This document shows, one piece after another, positions 25,924 to 39,859 of a stretch of DNA of 64,000 nucleotides. The DNA comes from Isurus oxyrinchus. Lineage: Eukaryota. Both the position numbers and the translations under genes were made by a program. The notes beneath the pieces are model-generated. The model searched no databases, was not told the DNA's origin, and saw only the letters and a program-made list of their open reading frames with translations. Each line of letters starts with the position of its first letter. The first letter of the stretch is position 1. The stretch lies in the NCBI GenBank assembly GCA_026770705.1, contig JANJGN010000036.1, forward strand, positions 3,968,001-4,032,000, read 5' to 3'.

Positions 25924-27269
25924 ATTCTCCCTCTATATCTCTCTCGTGATCTCTCTAAGTTTCTACTATTTAAATAGTGCTCCAAAAGATCTTTGCTCCC
26001 TCTCTTGCTTTCTCTCCCTCGATTTCTGTATCCTATAAACAGTGCACTTTCTAACTCTTTTTCACTCTCTCTCCCTCAGAATTCTCTTTAACTAGAGCTC
26101 TATAAAATCTCTGCTCTCAATTGCTATCAATCTGTCAATCTCTCCCTTTATCCCTTCTCTCCTTTCCTTTCTCTTCCCAGTTCTGTCCTGTCTCAGCATT
26201 GTTCTATAAGATTACTGCTCTATTTCAGAATGATGAAATATGGAAAAATCTATCTCCGTTTGGGGTGAAATCACAAATTCGGGTTGTCATTTTTTCCATT
26301 TGTTTAATTATTTCCCCAAACTTTATTTTCAATGATAGCTTTTTATTTTGCAGCTTCTCCGCTCCCTACCACATGCAGTTTTCCTGTTCCTGGGAGTTTG
26401 TCGGCGATGGCGCTTCTCCTTCTGGCGATGATCCTTGTGGCCAGGAGAAGGATCTGCAGGAATAGGCAGACAGGTAGCGATTGTTGGGAGACGCTGTAAC
26501 TCCGCAGTGCTCTTAATGCATCCATTTATCCATGCGTTATTGACATTTTTAGATCGTTCGTTGTGAAATGTAGCCATTTTTGCTCAGTTCAAATTTGACT
26601 TTCGAACAGGCAACATGAACAATGATCAGGAACTAACAGATTCAAGAGCACAGCGACAGAATGAAGAGGTAAAAGAATGGAATTGTTGTTGCTACTACAC
26701 GTGGATGCATTTCACTCAATTTTAATCCAAAGTTTAAAATTCATTATTCTTGTTATAAGAGTCAGGAAAACATTGCGTCATGGGCACTGAAGGATGGCAG
26801 AAACTAGGCTTCAATCCCTCTCCTGGGCGAGATTGAGGAGTGATCTAATTGAGAGGTTTAAGATGCAAAAAGGGCCGTGTCTGTAAAGTGTCCAGGGAGT
26901 GGAGACTTAAAATTCGAGCCAGGTTGCTCTGCGTTGTTGTCAGGTTGCAATTAGTCACACAAAGGCGAGTGGAAATCTGGAGCTCTCTCTTCTCCAAAGC
27001 TATTGAGGCTGCGGCTTAATCGGAAATGACAAAATTGAGATTGAGAGATTTTTGTTGGGTACGGGGTTTTAAGGATTATGGAACGAAGGTGGGTAGATGG
27101 AAGTTACAATACAGACCCGCCATGATCTAATTGAATAGACTGGAGGGGCTGAATCGCCTCCGCCTATCCCTATGATGATGGTGTTTATTATATCACTAGA
27201 TTCAGTTCTTAATTTTCCCTGCAGATACATTATGCTGGCTTGGCCTTTAAGGAGGATCCCACACGTTGA
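22849..27269 (+). CDS. A2: germline V(J)-C1-TM-ITIM Ig-superfamily receptor, 303 aa
   Basis: Exons 22849-22891 (MRYLGVCALSHLFQ), 23474-23812 (V: LNC..WYRQ..DSGMYYC..FGNGSQLVIT), 23914-24219 (C1: LLCLIRG..VRW..DGTYSIRS..CTC), 26354-26473 (ASPLPTTCSFPVPGSLSAMALLLLAMILVARRR), 26610-26668, 27225-27269 (IHYAGLAFKEDPTR*). All GT-AG; 912 nt open. Confidence 0.9.
24780..26180. repeat. CT-rich polypyrimidine tract in A2 C1-TM intron
   Basis: Paralog of 5860-7200; pure (CT)n runs at ~25206-25233 and ~25897-25923. Confidence 0.9.
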
Positions 27270-29991
27270 TTGGAGAAGAAAGAGGGAAAGAGCTCACAGT
27301 GTGCTTCCCGAACATGATGCGTTGCAGAAAGTTTCCGCTGTTGGGCGGGAAAGTCCGAATGTCCAAACGGTGCAAATTTAGGCACATTTTCGGCGCAATT
27401 TTATGTCGTCGCCCAAAGCGGGAGCTGAATAATCTGTTAATGTTCGCTATTCTAACGCTGAAATAGCGCCTACAGTTCCACTCCAGCCTCTCCAGCTTTC
27501 TGTTATCTAGGTATTAGCGCTTATTATTGCATTCGGCAACTTTATACAGTATGTGAGCAATATATTATACAAATAGGTCTTACATTGTATCTGTGCTCGA
27601 GTTACCTACGTATTAAAACAGATTTGAAACCCAATGAGTGTCCTGTGATTTGAGATTTTTTTTATCTTTAAGGCCAGAAGCGCCCAGGGTATCTCTGAGG
27701 CCAGTTTATAAAATCATTCATAGAGCGAACGTAAGCAGGATAGAAGGATGGTTAAGAACCGTCAGGTACTGGATGGAGATTGGTGCTGCATTGTTATGAG
27801 CTGCGGTGTTAGTGGACCCCGAGCCTTCACTGACTGTCTCCTGGGAGGTAACAATGTTGCATTTAATCTTAAAAGGAGATTAGTTACAATCCATCGGCCC
27901 TTTTTATAATAGTTGAGTGGATGTTATCCACCAAAATCACCAGTTCACAGAGACTTAAAACACAGAAAGAGGCCATTTTGGCCCTTCACGCAGAGCCAGC
28001 TCTTTGAATGTGCACTTTTGTCCCATACCCCAGGTGTCTCCTCATGACCCTTAGAATTATTCCTCTTGCTGCACAACTACCAGTAAATGTTAGCATCTAT
28101 CCCGCTTACAGCACAACTTATCCGATGTGACTGAAAGTGGCTTGCTGGCGATGTTGATAATTCACAAATGTGAACGCAATTTGCTCCACACATTACAAGG
28201 TCAGTCAAACTTAAGTTTGAGATGATGTTGCACTGAGATGATGTGATATATTTCCATGACAACGTTAATACCGTAACTATTAAAAAGCTGTCCTGGAAAA
28301 CCTTAGTGTGCTGATGACTGGATAATTTTGTTGGCGATTAAACTCTGATCTGCATAACCAGTTGTGATTCCTCTTCCGAAAGATACATTCCCAAATCAGC
28401 CCCAGCTTATTTTGCTGTAAAGAGTCATTCTGCACAGATATTTAGGGAGTACTTCGGGACACTTATTGCAAGGTGCCGATCGAAAAGGCCATTCTGCTAA
28501 ACACAGTTCATCCGTCCTGCAAGGTTCTGTCCTCCTCAACCTGCAGGAAAACAATTGTTTCTTAAAATAAAATCAGGGAGTTCGAACCACCTCAATATTG
28601 TTCCAAGCCAGCGAACCATCCTTAGACATGATCACTCTGTGTGTCATCGGACTTCTGACATCAGTCCTCCTAATGTCCTGAATGGATCATCCGCCAGGCA
28701 TTTTGGAGGAGGAGAAGGCCGTTCAGTTCCTCTCTTGGGTTGGATCTGGAATTCAATTGGATGATGGCTGAAGTTAGGAAGCAGAGCTAGTTTAAGTAAG
28801 TTACATGTGTATTTGGGTGTGTTAAGAATATGGTATATGTTTAAGTTTAACTTTTATTCATATTCTTTTCTATTTTTGGGTTCAAATGTGCAAACTGGTA
28901 TCTAATTCCATTTCATGAGTGGAGGCAGCAGATCTAAAGCCCTGTTTGTGTACCTGCATTTCTAATAGGTTTCATGACACTTGAAGAGAAGGCTAATCCA
29001 ACGCAAGAGTAGATAATAATTGCTCTGTTGCCTAGCAACCAGGGTCTAGAGAGGGCGGCCCCACTCATATAGCCACAGCCACATACACACACGCACACAC
29101 ACACACAGATAGAGGGAGAAAAAACAGCAGTCTGAGTTGACTTGAAAACAGCTCCCAGTGAGAGGCTGCACAGAAGAGGGGCAGACAGCAACCCCATGAC
29201 TGAAGTGTGTTTAAGGTAAATAATGGTCGTTTTCTCAGTAACAAAAAAACTAAATGGTTATTGGAATAGTTTGGGCAAAAGGCATCAATGTGTTCGATCG
29301 CTCATAATCGTATTGAATGGAGGAGCAGGCTCGATGGGCTGAATGGCCTTCTCCTGTTCTTATGCTCCGATGGGAGGAGGATCATGTGGAGGTGGTCCTT
29401 GCTCCGTTGATCCACAGGTATAATTCTGACAGAAGGTGACAAGTGGGAAGAGAGATTTGGGTAAAACAGTTACTAAAATATTAGCATCTGGTTCCATGTT
29501 TCTTCAACCCGTTGCGTTTCTGTTGAGGACAGAATAAATAAATCTGTTCTGAATGAATTAAGCAGAAGACTCATAATTAGTGATTTTTCTCCCCTTCACG
29601 TGAATGCCATAAACAGTAATGTTGTTGAATTCAGCAACATTGCCTTTTGACCTCAGTTTGACACAGCCTGGACTGTGCACCGCCTGTGACGCGTGTTTAC
29701 CATGATCTGCAACGTGTTGCCCTTTGCAGGCAGAGCCGTGTGTGGTCTCCTGACCTGTGAACAGGAAACCCTCTGCTAAAAATTACATTGCGCTGCTTTT
29801 TCCAGTGAGTGTATATGTGTGTGTGGGCAGGGGGCGGGGTGGGGGAGGGGGAGGTGGAAGGTGGGAGGGTGCGGAGTCCCCCAGCCCTCCTGTGTTCCTG
29901 GGGTCGCACTATTATAGCCGCTTCTTCATAGGAAGAATTCTGTCTTCCCCGGTCATAACAGAACCAAGGGTATTGATTTTGTACCTGTCAG

Positions 29992-30222
29992 TTAGTGTAT
30001 CTCAGGCAGTTTTGTCCCAGACTCCAGCGGTTCAGAGTCTCCCCCTTGGAAGTAGCTACAAGGGGCATTGTGACACAGCTTAGTTGGCGGTGGTGGGGAA
30101 GGGGCAGGGGTGGGGGCAGGGGCGGTCGCCTTGTATTAACCGGGCACATCTGCAACTAGTTTATACCGTGACAGAATACAACCTTCTAACAATGGTATCT
30201 TCGGGAGAAGTCAGCAGCACGT
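29992..30222 (+). pseudogene. psiA'1: 5' half of A'-subfamily V exon
   Basis: cag|VSVSQAVLSQTPAVQSLPLGSSYKGHCDTA*; ..HLQLVYTVTEYN..; the rest of V and all of C1 are deleted; flanks align with ~57720-61500. Confidence 0.8.
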
Positions 30223-31879
30223 CCACTGTCTGTTCTCCAATCATGTGCCTATGTATAATTTCTGACCCCTTTCTCCGTTGTCATGTATCTAATCATTTCA
30301 GTGTTTAGCTTTCTGAATTTTTAAGTCTATCAGTCTGTTTGGCGCAAACGTGGATAGAGGGAGATATGTTTTTTTGACATGTCAATGATTAAATGAATGC
30401 ACAATTTTCTGTTAACCAATTTCTCTCCCGATTCCTTTAAGTCGTTACCTGTGCTCCATTGCGCTTGCAGCACAGAAGCAGTGCATTCGGCCTTTTGCTT
30501 TGTGCAGGTTTTACTGCTCCACACGAGTCTCCCCCCTCCCCCTCTTAATTTAACCCCATCAACATATTCAATTAGTCCATTCTCCCTCACGTGTTTATAG
30601 CTTCACCCATAAACTCATCACTGCAAGTGACCTCAACCGCCCCCTGTGCGAGCGAGTTCCACATTCTCCCCACTATCAGCTTAAAGACATTTCTCTTCAA
30701 TTCCCACTTGCATTCATCAGTGATTATCTGATATTGATCGCTTCGAGCTCTGGACTCCCCCAACAACTGCAAACGTCTTGTCTACGCCTGCCTGAAATAT
30801 CCTTTCATAATCTTAAAGTTCTTAGGTCACTCCTCAGCCTTCTCCTTTCTTAAGAAAAGCAGACAGCCTGTTCATATTTTCCTGATTGTTACAGCCTCTC
30901 AGGTTTGGCATCGTTACAGTAATTTTTTCTCATTTTCCCCCGTATATATGATATAGACATCAGAATTATTCACAGGACCCTACGTGTGGTCAGGCTAAGT
31001 TTTAATAAAATATGTTTCTTCTTTTCATGCTTATTTATGTAGACATGTCCGCACTCTGGGCCTGTGAATTTTATGACCATATTAACATCTAGATGTAAAT
31101 GATATTTGTGGCTGCTCTTCTATCCAGCTTAAACTCTTCTTTTCCAGTAAATGTGCAGCCGTCACCCTCGACCATAACCTAACCCAACCCCCAATATTTA
31201 ACCTTCCTGGTAAAATGGCCTTTATATAGCGTTTCATCCAAGTCAAAGAAAGAAATCCACCAATAACTATAAACTACTTAGTATTCCATGTGTGGGGGCC
31301 AAACGCTTAGCATCAATTATTATAAATGGAATTGGTGAGCATTTGTGAAAGTGTCGGCATTCTAAACATCTTTGATAGAGGTTTATTTTCAAGAAATGTC
31401 AGAATGGACAGTTAAAGAGAATGCAGCAAACATGATTTGTATGGCTTTCTTGCAGGCCTTAATGAGTATCTCAAGATATTTAATTGAAATAATGACACGT
31501 CCAGTGTTAAGGAGTTGTGGGAAGACCGACAAAAACACCTAAGCAGACTCATCCCTCACGTGGAAGGTTGGAAGTGCTACATTCCGGTGACGTCTTTAGG
31601 ATCAGTTTTGAATTGATGTAAGAATGGGGAGCGAAAGTTGAGTAATGAGAAAAGCTTTGAATTATTTTACCAAATAGTCAGCAGAAACATGGAGGCCCTC
31701 GTTGCCTCAGTCTGTGCTCTACGCTGTGCTGGACATTGTTGAATAATTCGATCATCTGATTGTGTTTTAATACATTTTTCTATGCATCTATTGTTCACTC
31801 GCTGGCTTCTTTATACTTAACCACCCATCTATTTATCCTTCTATCTATCTTTCTATCAATCAATCTATCTATCTGCCGG

Positions 31880-32640
31880 TCTCTTTCTATAATATTCCAA
31901 AATTCCCTGGATTCAGGAAAGGCTCGAGTGGATTGGAAAAATGCTAATATTCAGAAAGTTTGGGGAGGGGGGGGGCAGAAAGTAGGAAACTATAGACCAG
32001 TTAATTTAACGTCTGTTGCGAAATTGTTGGAATCCATTAGTAAGGAAGTAATACTGTGGCATTTGGAAAGTCAAAATGCAATCCATCAGAATCAGCATGG
32101 TTTTATGAAGAGCAAATCGTGTTTGACTAATTTGCTACAGTTCGTTGAAGACGTGACAAGCAAAGTGGAAAATGGGGATCCTGCAGATGTAGTATATCTG
32201 GACTTCCAGGAAGCCCTTGATAAGGTGCCACAAAAAAGATTAATACACAAGATCCGATCACATGGATTAGCGGTAAAATATTAGCTTGGATAGAGGATTG
32301 GCTTACCAACAGAAAGCAGAGAGTATGGATAAATGTGCCTTTTTCTCGATGGCAAGCTGTGGGGTGCCACAGGGTTAGGTCCTTGGGCCCCAACAATTTA
32401 CAATCTAGACTAATGACTTGAATGCAGGGATACAAGGTGCTACAGCTAAATTTGCAGATGATATCAAAATAGGTGGGAAAGTAAGTTGCAATGAAGAAAT
32501 AAGACATTTACAAATGGATATGGACAGGTTAGGTGAATGGGCCAAAATTTGGCAGATGGAGTTTAACGTGAATAAGTGTGAGGTTATCCATTTTGGTTGG
32601 AAGATTAAAAAGGCGAAATATTTTTTAAGTGGAGAGAAAC
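31880..32640 (+). mobile_element. CR1 LINE reverse transcriptase fragment
   Basis: GNYRPVNLTS, NQHGFMKSKSCLTNLL, DVVYLDFQEALDKVP, KFADDIKIGG, WQMEFNVNKCEVIHFG; sits in an (ATCT)n tract. Confidence 0.92.
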
Positions 32641-32681
32641 TCCTGTCTGTCTAATTGTCTGTCTACCTATCTTACTTACCA

Positions 32682-32886
32682 NNNNNNNNNNNNNNNNNNN
32701 NNNNNNNNNNNNNNNNNNNNNNNNNNNNNNNNNNNNNNNNNNNNNNNNNNNNNNNNNNNNNNNNNNNNNNNNNNNNNNNNNNNNNNNNNNNNNNNNNNNN
32801 NNNNNNNNNNNNNNNNNNNNNNNNNNNNNNNNNNNNNNNNNNNNNNNNNNNNNNNNNNNNNNNNNNNNNNNNNNNNNNNNNNNNNN
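32682..32886. other. Assembly gap
   Basis: Run of N. Confidence 1.
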
Positions 32887-33559
32887 GGCCTGTCAGTCTG
32901 TCTAACTATCTACTTTGTCTATCTCTCTCAATCTATCCATCCAATCTATCTATCGTCTGAAGCATCCTAATATTGTATCAAAACGAAGATATGTTTGAGA
33001 ACAAAATGTAAAATTAGCACGTAGAGGAGAAAGTTCCCCCGAACTGAAGGGGGAATATTTGCAATACGGCCAGTTTTGTGTTTTCTAATGCCCATCTCAA
33101 GGCAATTTCTACTTCCCTTCGCCATATTGCATTCATTCTGCTGGCAATCCAGTCCATCGCCCATTCAGAGGGAGCTGCCACACAGCCTGTTCACTGTTTC
33201 TTCATTCAGTTTTTTAATAGGATCCTTAGCTATGGAACTACCAACTGTCGCAAATGTTAGGTATCCCTCTCATTCCCCTACAATTACCTTGCCTGTGTAT
33301 GGTGTGTGCACATGTGCTCCATCCACTTCCTCAGAGATGGCCCATGAATCTGCTCGGCTTGGGTCATGTCTTTGGCCCCCCTGATGATTCTTAATGTCCA
33401 GACTCTACCATGTCAAAGAACATAATAACGCGAGCTTCAGCAAAGACACCAGCCATAAATTCTACCTTGTCTATTGACCCCAAGTGAACCCAAGTTCTCA
33501 AATTGTATGTTCAACAATGAGGCTGAGTCAATATTTACTTGATATGAACGCTAGCTAAA

Positions 33560-34320
33560 ACGAAACAGCCCATTTCAGTTCAGACACCCCCGATTTTCTT
33601 TCGAAAAGCCTTTCCCCTCCCATCACGGGTGAAGCTCCGACGTGTCCTGCTCAGCCCAGAACTCAGCGTCCTGCCCTTACCCCGAATCCATTCACTGATG
33701 ACTGACTGCGGCCTCCGAAATGTTGGCAGCTCTTGTCCCGGATGCCACAAACCTGATCCAGAGTTCACCACCTCGAACCTTAGCTTCAATAGCGCTCTTC
33801 CTACCAAGTGGCCCACTTCCTTTTTCCTCAAACACAATCTATCCCGAATGCGAGCGCCCAAATCATTATCTGAGCAAAGACAAACCCCTGTTGCCTCCTT
33901 GAAAAGTTCCCTTGCTTTTCAGTTTTCCAGTGAATCGATTCGTAAAATCTTGCCGGTCTCTGACAATCACTTTGTGCATGAACCGCTGACTATCACAGCG
34001 ACCACCAACACATATCAACCCTATAGTGTGCATTCTCCACTCCTCTCTCAGGCCATGTGACGCAACATTTCTGCTTCTTCCCCGCTCCATCCGCTAAATC
34101 ATGGCCCCAAATCCTGCAAGGAACCACCTCCAACCCATGTGGGGAACACTCGACATTCATCAGCTCATGACTAAAAATGCCCACAAGTCCTGAGTCAATG
34201 TCTTCAGGAGATCACCTTGCAAGCATTCTTCACCATTTCCCTTCCCAGAGTCAGGCCTGAAGGATGCAGTTTTTCACGGTCATTCTCCGAGAGTGTGCGG
34301 AAGTCACCCCTGTTCCCTGG
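33560..34320 (-). mobile_element. Possible very old L1/Tx1 ORF2 C-terminal remnant
   Basis: Reverse-strand peptides loosely resemble the Tx1 CCHC region (KCCVTW..ENAHYRVDMC). Weak. Confidence 0.25.
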
Positions 34321-35869
34321 GCTTTGAAGGTTAGGTCGATTAAATGTTCGATTAAGGTTCCAGTAAGCCAATCAGCATAATTTAAACAAAGTAGGAACTT
34401 GCCCTAATAAATAATGATCTCCAGTTGTGTGAGGCGGGGTAATATTTGCAGCCAGTGTGTTGTATTGAAGGACTGCATCAGTTTGAACAGCTGTTTGTGT
34501 ATGAAGAACAGTATAATTTTGTGGGATTTCATCATCTTGAGGAGTTGAATCAGTTTGATAGCTAATTCAGTTTAACCCTGTAACCCACAAGCACGACATT
34601 CACAATCCAACATTTGGAATTGACTTACTGAGAAGCTGCAGTGAAAGAGGGCAGCCACATCCCAGAGCACATGACAACCAGACTTCACAGTGCCAACTTA
34701 TGTTAGAAATTAAATTGTTGAACAACGACAACAGTGTAAAGGACATCACTGAGACAGAATGTAATGTAGGGATTGGCCTGCTATTGTTGTAATGAATGCA
34801 CAATGTCTTTGTGTCCATGGTAGTTAATTAGAAGATCGGAATTTACACGTTTTGGAATTTTTCCAATGCAGACACTACAAAATATATCAGTCTAATCAAG
34901 GATATAAGTTGATGACGTAATAAGATTGTAAAAATACAAAAAAAAACACAAGATGTTTGAACAATGATATAAAATTAGTTTCCCCGTGGAGATACTGCAG
35001 AGGATAAATTAAAGGTTTGGGAATGTCTTGCTCTAGTAGTTAACTCAGAGACATTACCTGCAGTGCGAAGGAACAGATCACTTGACACAAAAGATCATGA
35101 ACAAATTTTACAATTTCAGGAAAATATATAACACGATTCTTGCCGTCATTGGTGTTCCTGGTAAGTTAATGTAACCATTGACGTTGTGCACTTTTTCTGG
35201 ATTTACTCTTTGACTGATAATATTACATGTTCTTTTAGTTGTGACAGTTATCCACACAGCCTTCCAGTGATATCATTTCATCAATTCAAAAGTCCTGAAT
35301 TATCTCTACTACCTTATTCCATTGAATCATTTGAAAATGCACCTTTGTGTGCAACTCGTTAGGATATCCGAATTTTCCAGTTACTCGTTTCTTTTCAGAA
35401 TTGCATCATGTTGAATCAGGCCTCAGTGCAGACATGACCCTGAGGGAAACTCTGCCTGGGAGTATCAGTCAGTGTGATATCATACTGTGGAAGGCCCACT
35501 AAATGGAATAAAGCAAACGACCCTAGTGACCATGTATCAACGGAAGTATCTATCGCTGTAGAGCTGCACTAATAATCATGTAACCATGGGAAATATACGG
35601 CACAGAAAGAGGACACTTGGCCCATCTTGTCTGTGTCGTCCGCAAAGCTAGCCAACCTGGGAGCCAGCATAGTCTGGGGAGTAACCGAACAGTTTCACTT
35701 GAATGCATGGGGCACGTTTGACCAGGCATATCTTTCAGTGTAGCTATACAGAGCGACCTGCGTGTATCATGTACCACTCGAAACCTTAGCCTGTGAAGAA
35801 CTCTTTGGAATGTTGGTCTCCAATTGGAGTGCAATTTCTGATGCTGGTGCCTGTGCATAATGGAGAGAA

Positions 35870-36070
35870 GAAACTCAGAAAGTGCTGGAAATTCTCAACA
35901 GGTCAGGCAGAATTTGTAGAGAGAGAAAAACAGATTTAATGATTCCAGTCAAAAGTTTGAATCAAAAACTCAACTCATCTTCAATCTCTGCAATTGTTTC
36001 CAGACCTGCTCTGTATTCCCTGCGCTGTCCATTGTGTTTCAGGTTTCCAGCGTCCATAGTGATTTATTTT
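35870..36070. mobile_element. Penelope-derived inverted short repeat
   Basis: GTGCTGGAAATTCTCAACAGGTCAGGCAG...CCAGACCTGCT...TTCCAGCGTCC; same family at 55005-55200. Confidence 0.55.
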
Positions 36071-39000
36071 TATTGCTGGGAACATGCTTCCTTGTAGAGC
36101 TGAGCTCAGTGTGGTTCCCGAACGGGAGCCAAACACCTGACTTCAGTGACCATCTATTACTGGAAGTGTTTGTGACTGTAGATTTATAGTTAGGGCGCGT
36201 CAGGACACTGAGCACAAAGCCTGATCCGAGTGAGCATGTATTAGGGGGAGTATTTATCATCGTGAAATTGTACTGAGGGTGGGTCTACAACTGCACTGGA
36301 GGAAACTGACCCCTGTGATGATGTGCCACAGGGAATAACTGCCATTCCAACAGTGAACTGAGTGTGGGTCTCAACTATTGTGGAACCCATCAGTTACACA
36401 TTAACTCATTGTTTCAGGCGACTGAAAGCCCTGGATGTGCTGTTGTATTTTGCTATCGATGGGAAAGGGGAGGGTTTTCCACGTTGGTTGAAGTTTGGTA
36501 ATAAGCTTATGAATTGTAATTTTTTGATGCTGCCCATTTGCCTAATCAAATGTACTTTTAACTATTGATAAAGGGTGAGCAACATAAGAGCAATGTTACT
36601 CTGTTTAATCCCTATTCAAAATGAGGCATTGTTCGCATAAGCATAGTAATTCTAAGGACGGTTGTTGCTTTGTTGTTTATTCATCAGGTCGCTAGCCCTG
36701 GTCCAGTGCGGAAAAGTCAAAGAATTGAGGGTCACGAGTGCTTTAGTATATTATGATTCTGGCACTGGTTCTTAATTATTTCAGGTTTGTGGCTGATTAA
36801 CTATTACTGAATAAGTTCGTGTGTCTGATTAAGGGTCTCGACACATGTCGCCTGCACATCATCCACTTGTAGCTCAGTGAGGTGTCTCCCTTCGAGGAGA
36901 CACTCCTAGATATGAGGAACATAGATTTCATACTTTTACAATACAGGAAATAGCGAGAGGACAGTAAAAGTGACGTTGGTAAAACGATGATAATGTTATA
37001 AATACTACAGTACGTCAATAAATAACGCTTTCAAATATTACGAAATAACTGAAAACCTTATGTGTGAGAAAGATCCAGTCTCCCGAATTCCTAATTAAAG
37101 ACATTTCTCTGGAGTTCACTCTTGTATTCAATAGAGACCCTCCTACATTAATTAACTCCACATCCCATCTTTCTCCCAAAGGGAAATTTCATTCCCATGT
37201 TTCCACCTCTCAATCTCTTTGATATTTTAAAGTTCTCCATTTTATTATTCCTCAGCTGCCCGGTTTCTAGAGCTTAGAGTCGCAGCCAGTTACTTTTCCT
37301 GACAGTTATCATCTCTCAGATATGATATTATTCTTGAGAATAATAGTTGCACGTCTGGAAAGTTTCGACCTCGATATTGTAATATGAAGATCAGAAATGT
37401 AGACAGAACCCTAAACGTATTATAGTCAAGGTTACATAAACAATTAAATATAATCTTTCTGATTTTATTATTCTTCATCTATAAATGAGCCCCAGTGCCT
37501 TGATTGCCTCTTCATTGTATTGTTAGCCCTCATTTCTGGTTTGAATCATTTGTGACTCTCTTCCCTTCAAACACCTTTCCCCATCGTTTGCTCTGTGAAT
37601 TGTTTGCCTCATTTTACCTTAAATATCTTTTACTTTGCAATTGCTCCCTCTTAGATTTCCCTTAGTTTTCTGCATCTGAATCCTCAACAACGGTTTATTA
37701 TTCTCCCATTGGCCCACGAGTCTTCTTTCCTTAGAGTTTGAAGATGCTCCCTGGAAGCCCATTGATATTTCGACCCTTGCCATCCGCCTCTCTGCACCAA
37801 AGAAACTGCCCTTAAGCTGCCATTAGGGTGGAGCTTTCCTGACCTACAGCATTCGTTCTTTGCCCAGCCAGATTCCCTCGTACAACTCCGACGCTCAACT
37901 TTTCGAGGAGCCTATTTGGAATGTATTACTCTGTTTTGGTGTATGTACAACCCACTTTGAAAAGGTTTTCCTCAATACAGGCAACGCTTTGTCCAGCTTT
38001 TCTACTTGAACCTTTGCTTTTCCAGCACATTCATGACCGTGTCACTCCCACTCCCTTCTTTCACCCTGGCATGCCTTCATATGATCCGTTTCTGAGTCTT
38101 CCTTTCCATCCCCGACTTTTCGATCTCCATTTCAGCAGATCGTGTTTCTACCAATGTCAGACATCGAAGTCAACAATTACCTTGAGCATGGACTCTGAAA
38201 CCCAGTTTCTTATAAGGACTTAGATCCATCCTCCCAGTTTCTCTGTCTCATCTCCTTCTGTAGCATAATGGCCTTCCACATCGATGTTTCCCAAGTGAAG
38301 TATGTTCCTCCTCAGCAGAGGTTTGGTCCCTTCACTGCTTTATCCTGGCCCAGGCGTGTTCATTCTATTTCCAGCTTTTCTGCCCTCGCAGCCGGCGCCT
38401 GCAGAGTGAGCACTTGTCCAGAGATATTTAGTTTCCACTCTGTCTTGCAGATCTTTCCAAACAGTCAATTGAAACATTCCCCTGAAATTGAGAGAGAAAA
38501 TTAATTGATTGGAAAATATCAAATGTTCAGATGAAAAGGAGGCACAACAATAACCAAAGCTCCATTTCTAATGTTCATACCCAACGTCCTTGCACCTGCC
38601 AATTGTAAGCAAATATCGTCCCACTATCTGCACGTTGGCTCATCTGAATCTAATCTGGACTCAAGTAAATTCTAGTCAATCACTAAATAATATTGTCCAT
38701 CTCTGAACGGGCATTCATTTCACAGGCTTCCAGCCTCATTTAAACTCCTTTGAATCCATAAATGTTTCTTCTCCTTCTCTCAATGTATGTTCACCAAAAA
38801 ATCTCCTGTTAGCATGTAAACGAATGTAAATCCCTAAATATCCTTGTGTTTCCTCTTCTCTGTACCTGCACCAGTGTTTAATGACTCTGAGATATTTACG
38901 TCATTCTAATTATCTCCTCTTACTCATCCCTTACCTTAATTGTTCTAATATTCACTACCATGCCTTTAGCTGCTTTAACTCTAAGCTCTAGAATTAGTTT

Positions 39001-39859
39001 CCCAAACATCTCCGCCCTCTAAATCTCTTTCTTGTTTTAGGATGCTCCTTAAACTCTTCTTTTTAAATAATGTTTCCGGTCATCTGACCTTACATCTCCT
39101 TGTGTAGTTCAAGGTTAAAGCATTCAACAAAAATCTGTGCGAAATATTGCTTTTGCTAAGCGCCTGGGAACATTGGAAAAATGGAAGGCCATTCAGCCCG
39201 TCGTGCCTGATCTGGCATTCAATACGATCATGGCTGATCGAACACTTCAATGCCGTTTACCCACATTATCCCCTTAGCCCTCTACGTTATTTTCAGTCAT
39301 AAATCTATCAATCTCGGGGTGCTTTGCTACTTTAAATACAATTTACAAATGTAAACTGTTCTTCCCCTGACCGAACAAATTCTAGAAGAACAACCACAAC
39401 ACGGAATGCATACAAATTGAACTCAATTGTCCTCGTGCAAGAACGGAATTATATAAAGACTGAAGCTACCTTTGCAGTTCCCAGTCGAATGGCCCGAGGA
39501 AAGGGTGTGCCTTAAATGCAGAGATGTGCACCTTGAATCATAACCAATTAAACACTTCTATGAAATGTAAAAGGGCATGTACTAACTGTTCAGTTCCTTG
39601 CACACATTGACCTCAAAGCATTCCAATTAGATACAGCAATGATAAAACACGGAGAATCCGCTCTATGCTCTCCTATTTAACACTAAATCTCAAAATGTAC
39701 ATACAATTCATGTTGGACGCATATTAATCATCCTTCAACACTCTAAGATCGAAAAGCATTTAGTAAATACAGATTAATCTTCCCTAAAAAATGTCACATC
39801 AACCATGCTCTGAGCAAGGGTTCAATTCTGATTAAAACTCCATTTGCGATTTCCATCAA

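Noticed and set aside
32629-32970. ORFs spanning N runs (also 48753-49389)
   Set aside because: Artefacts of assembly gaps.
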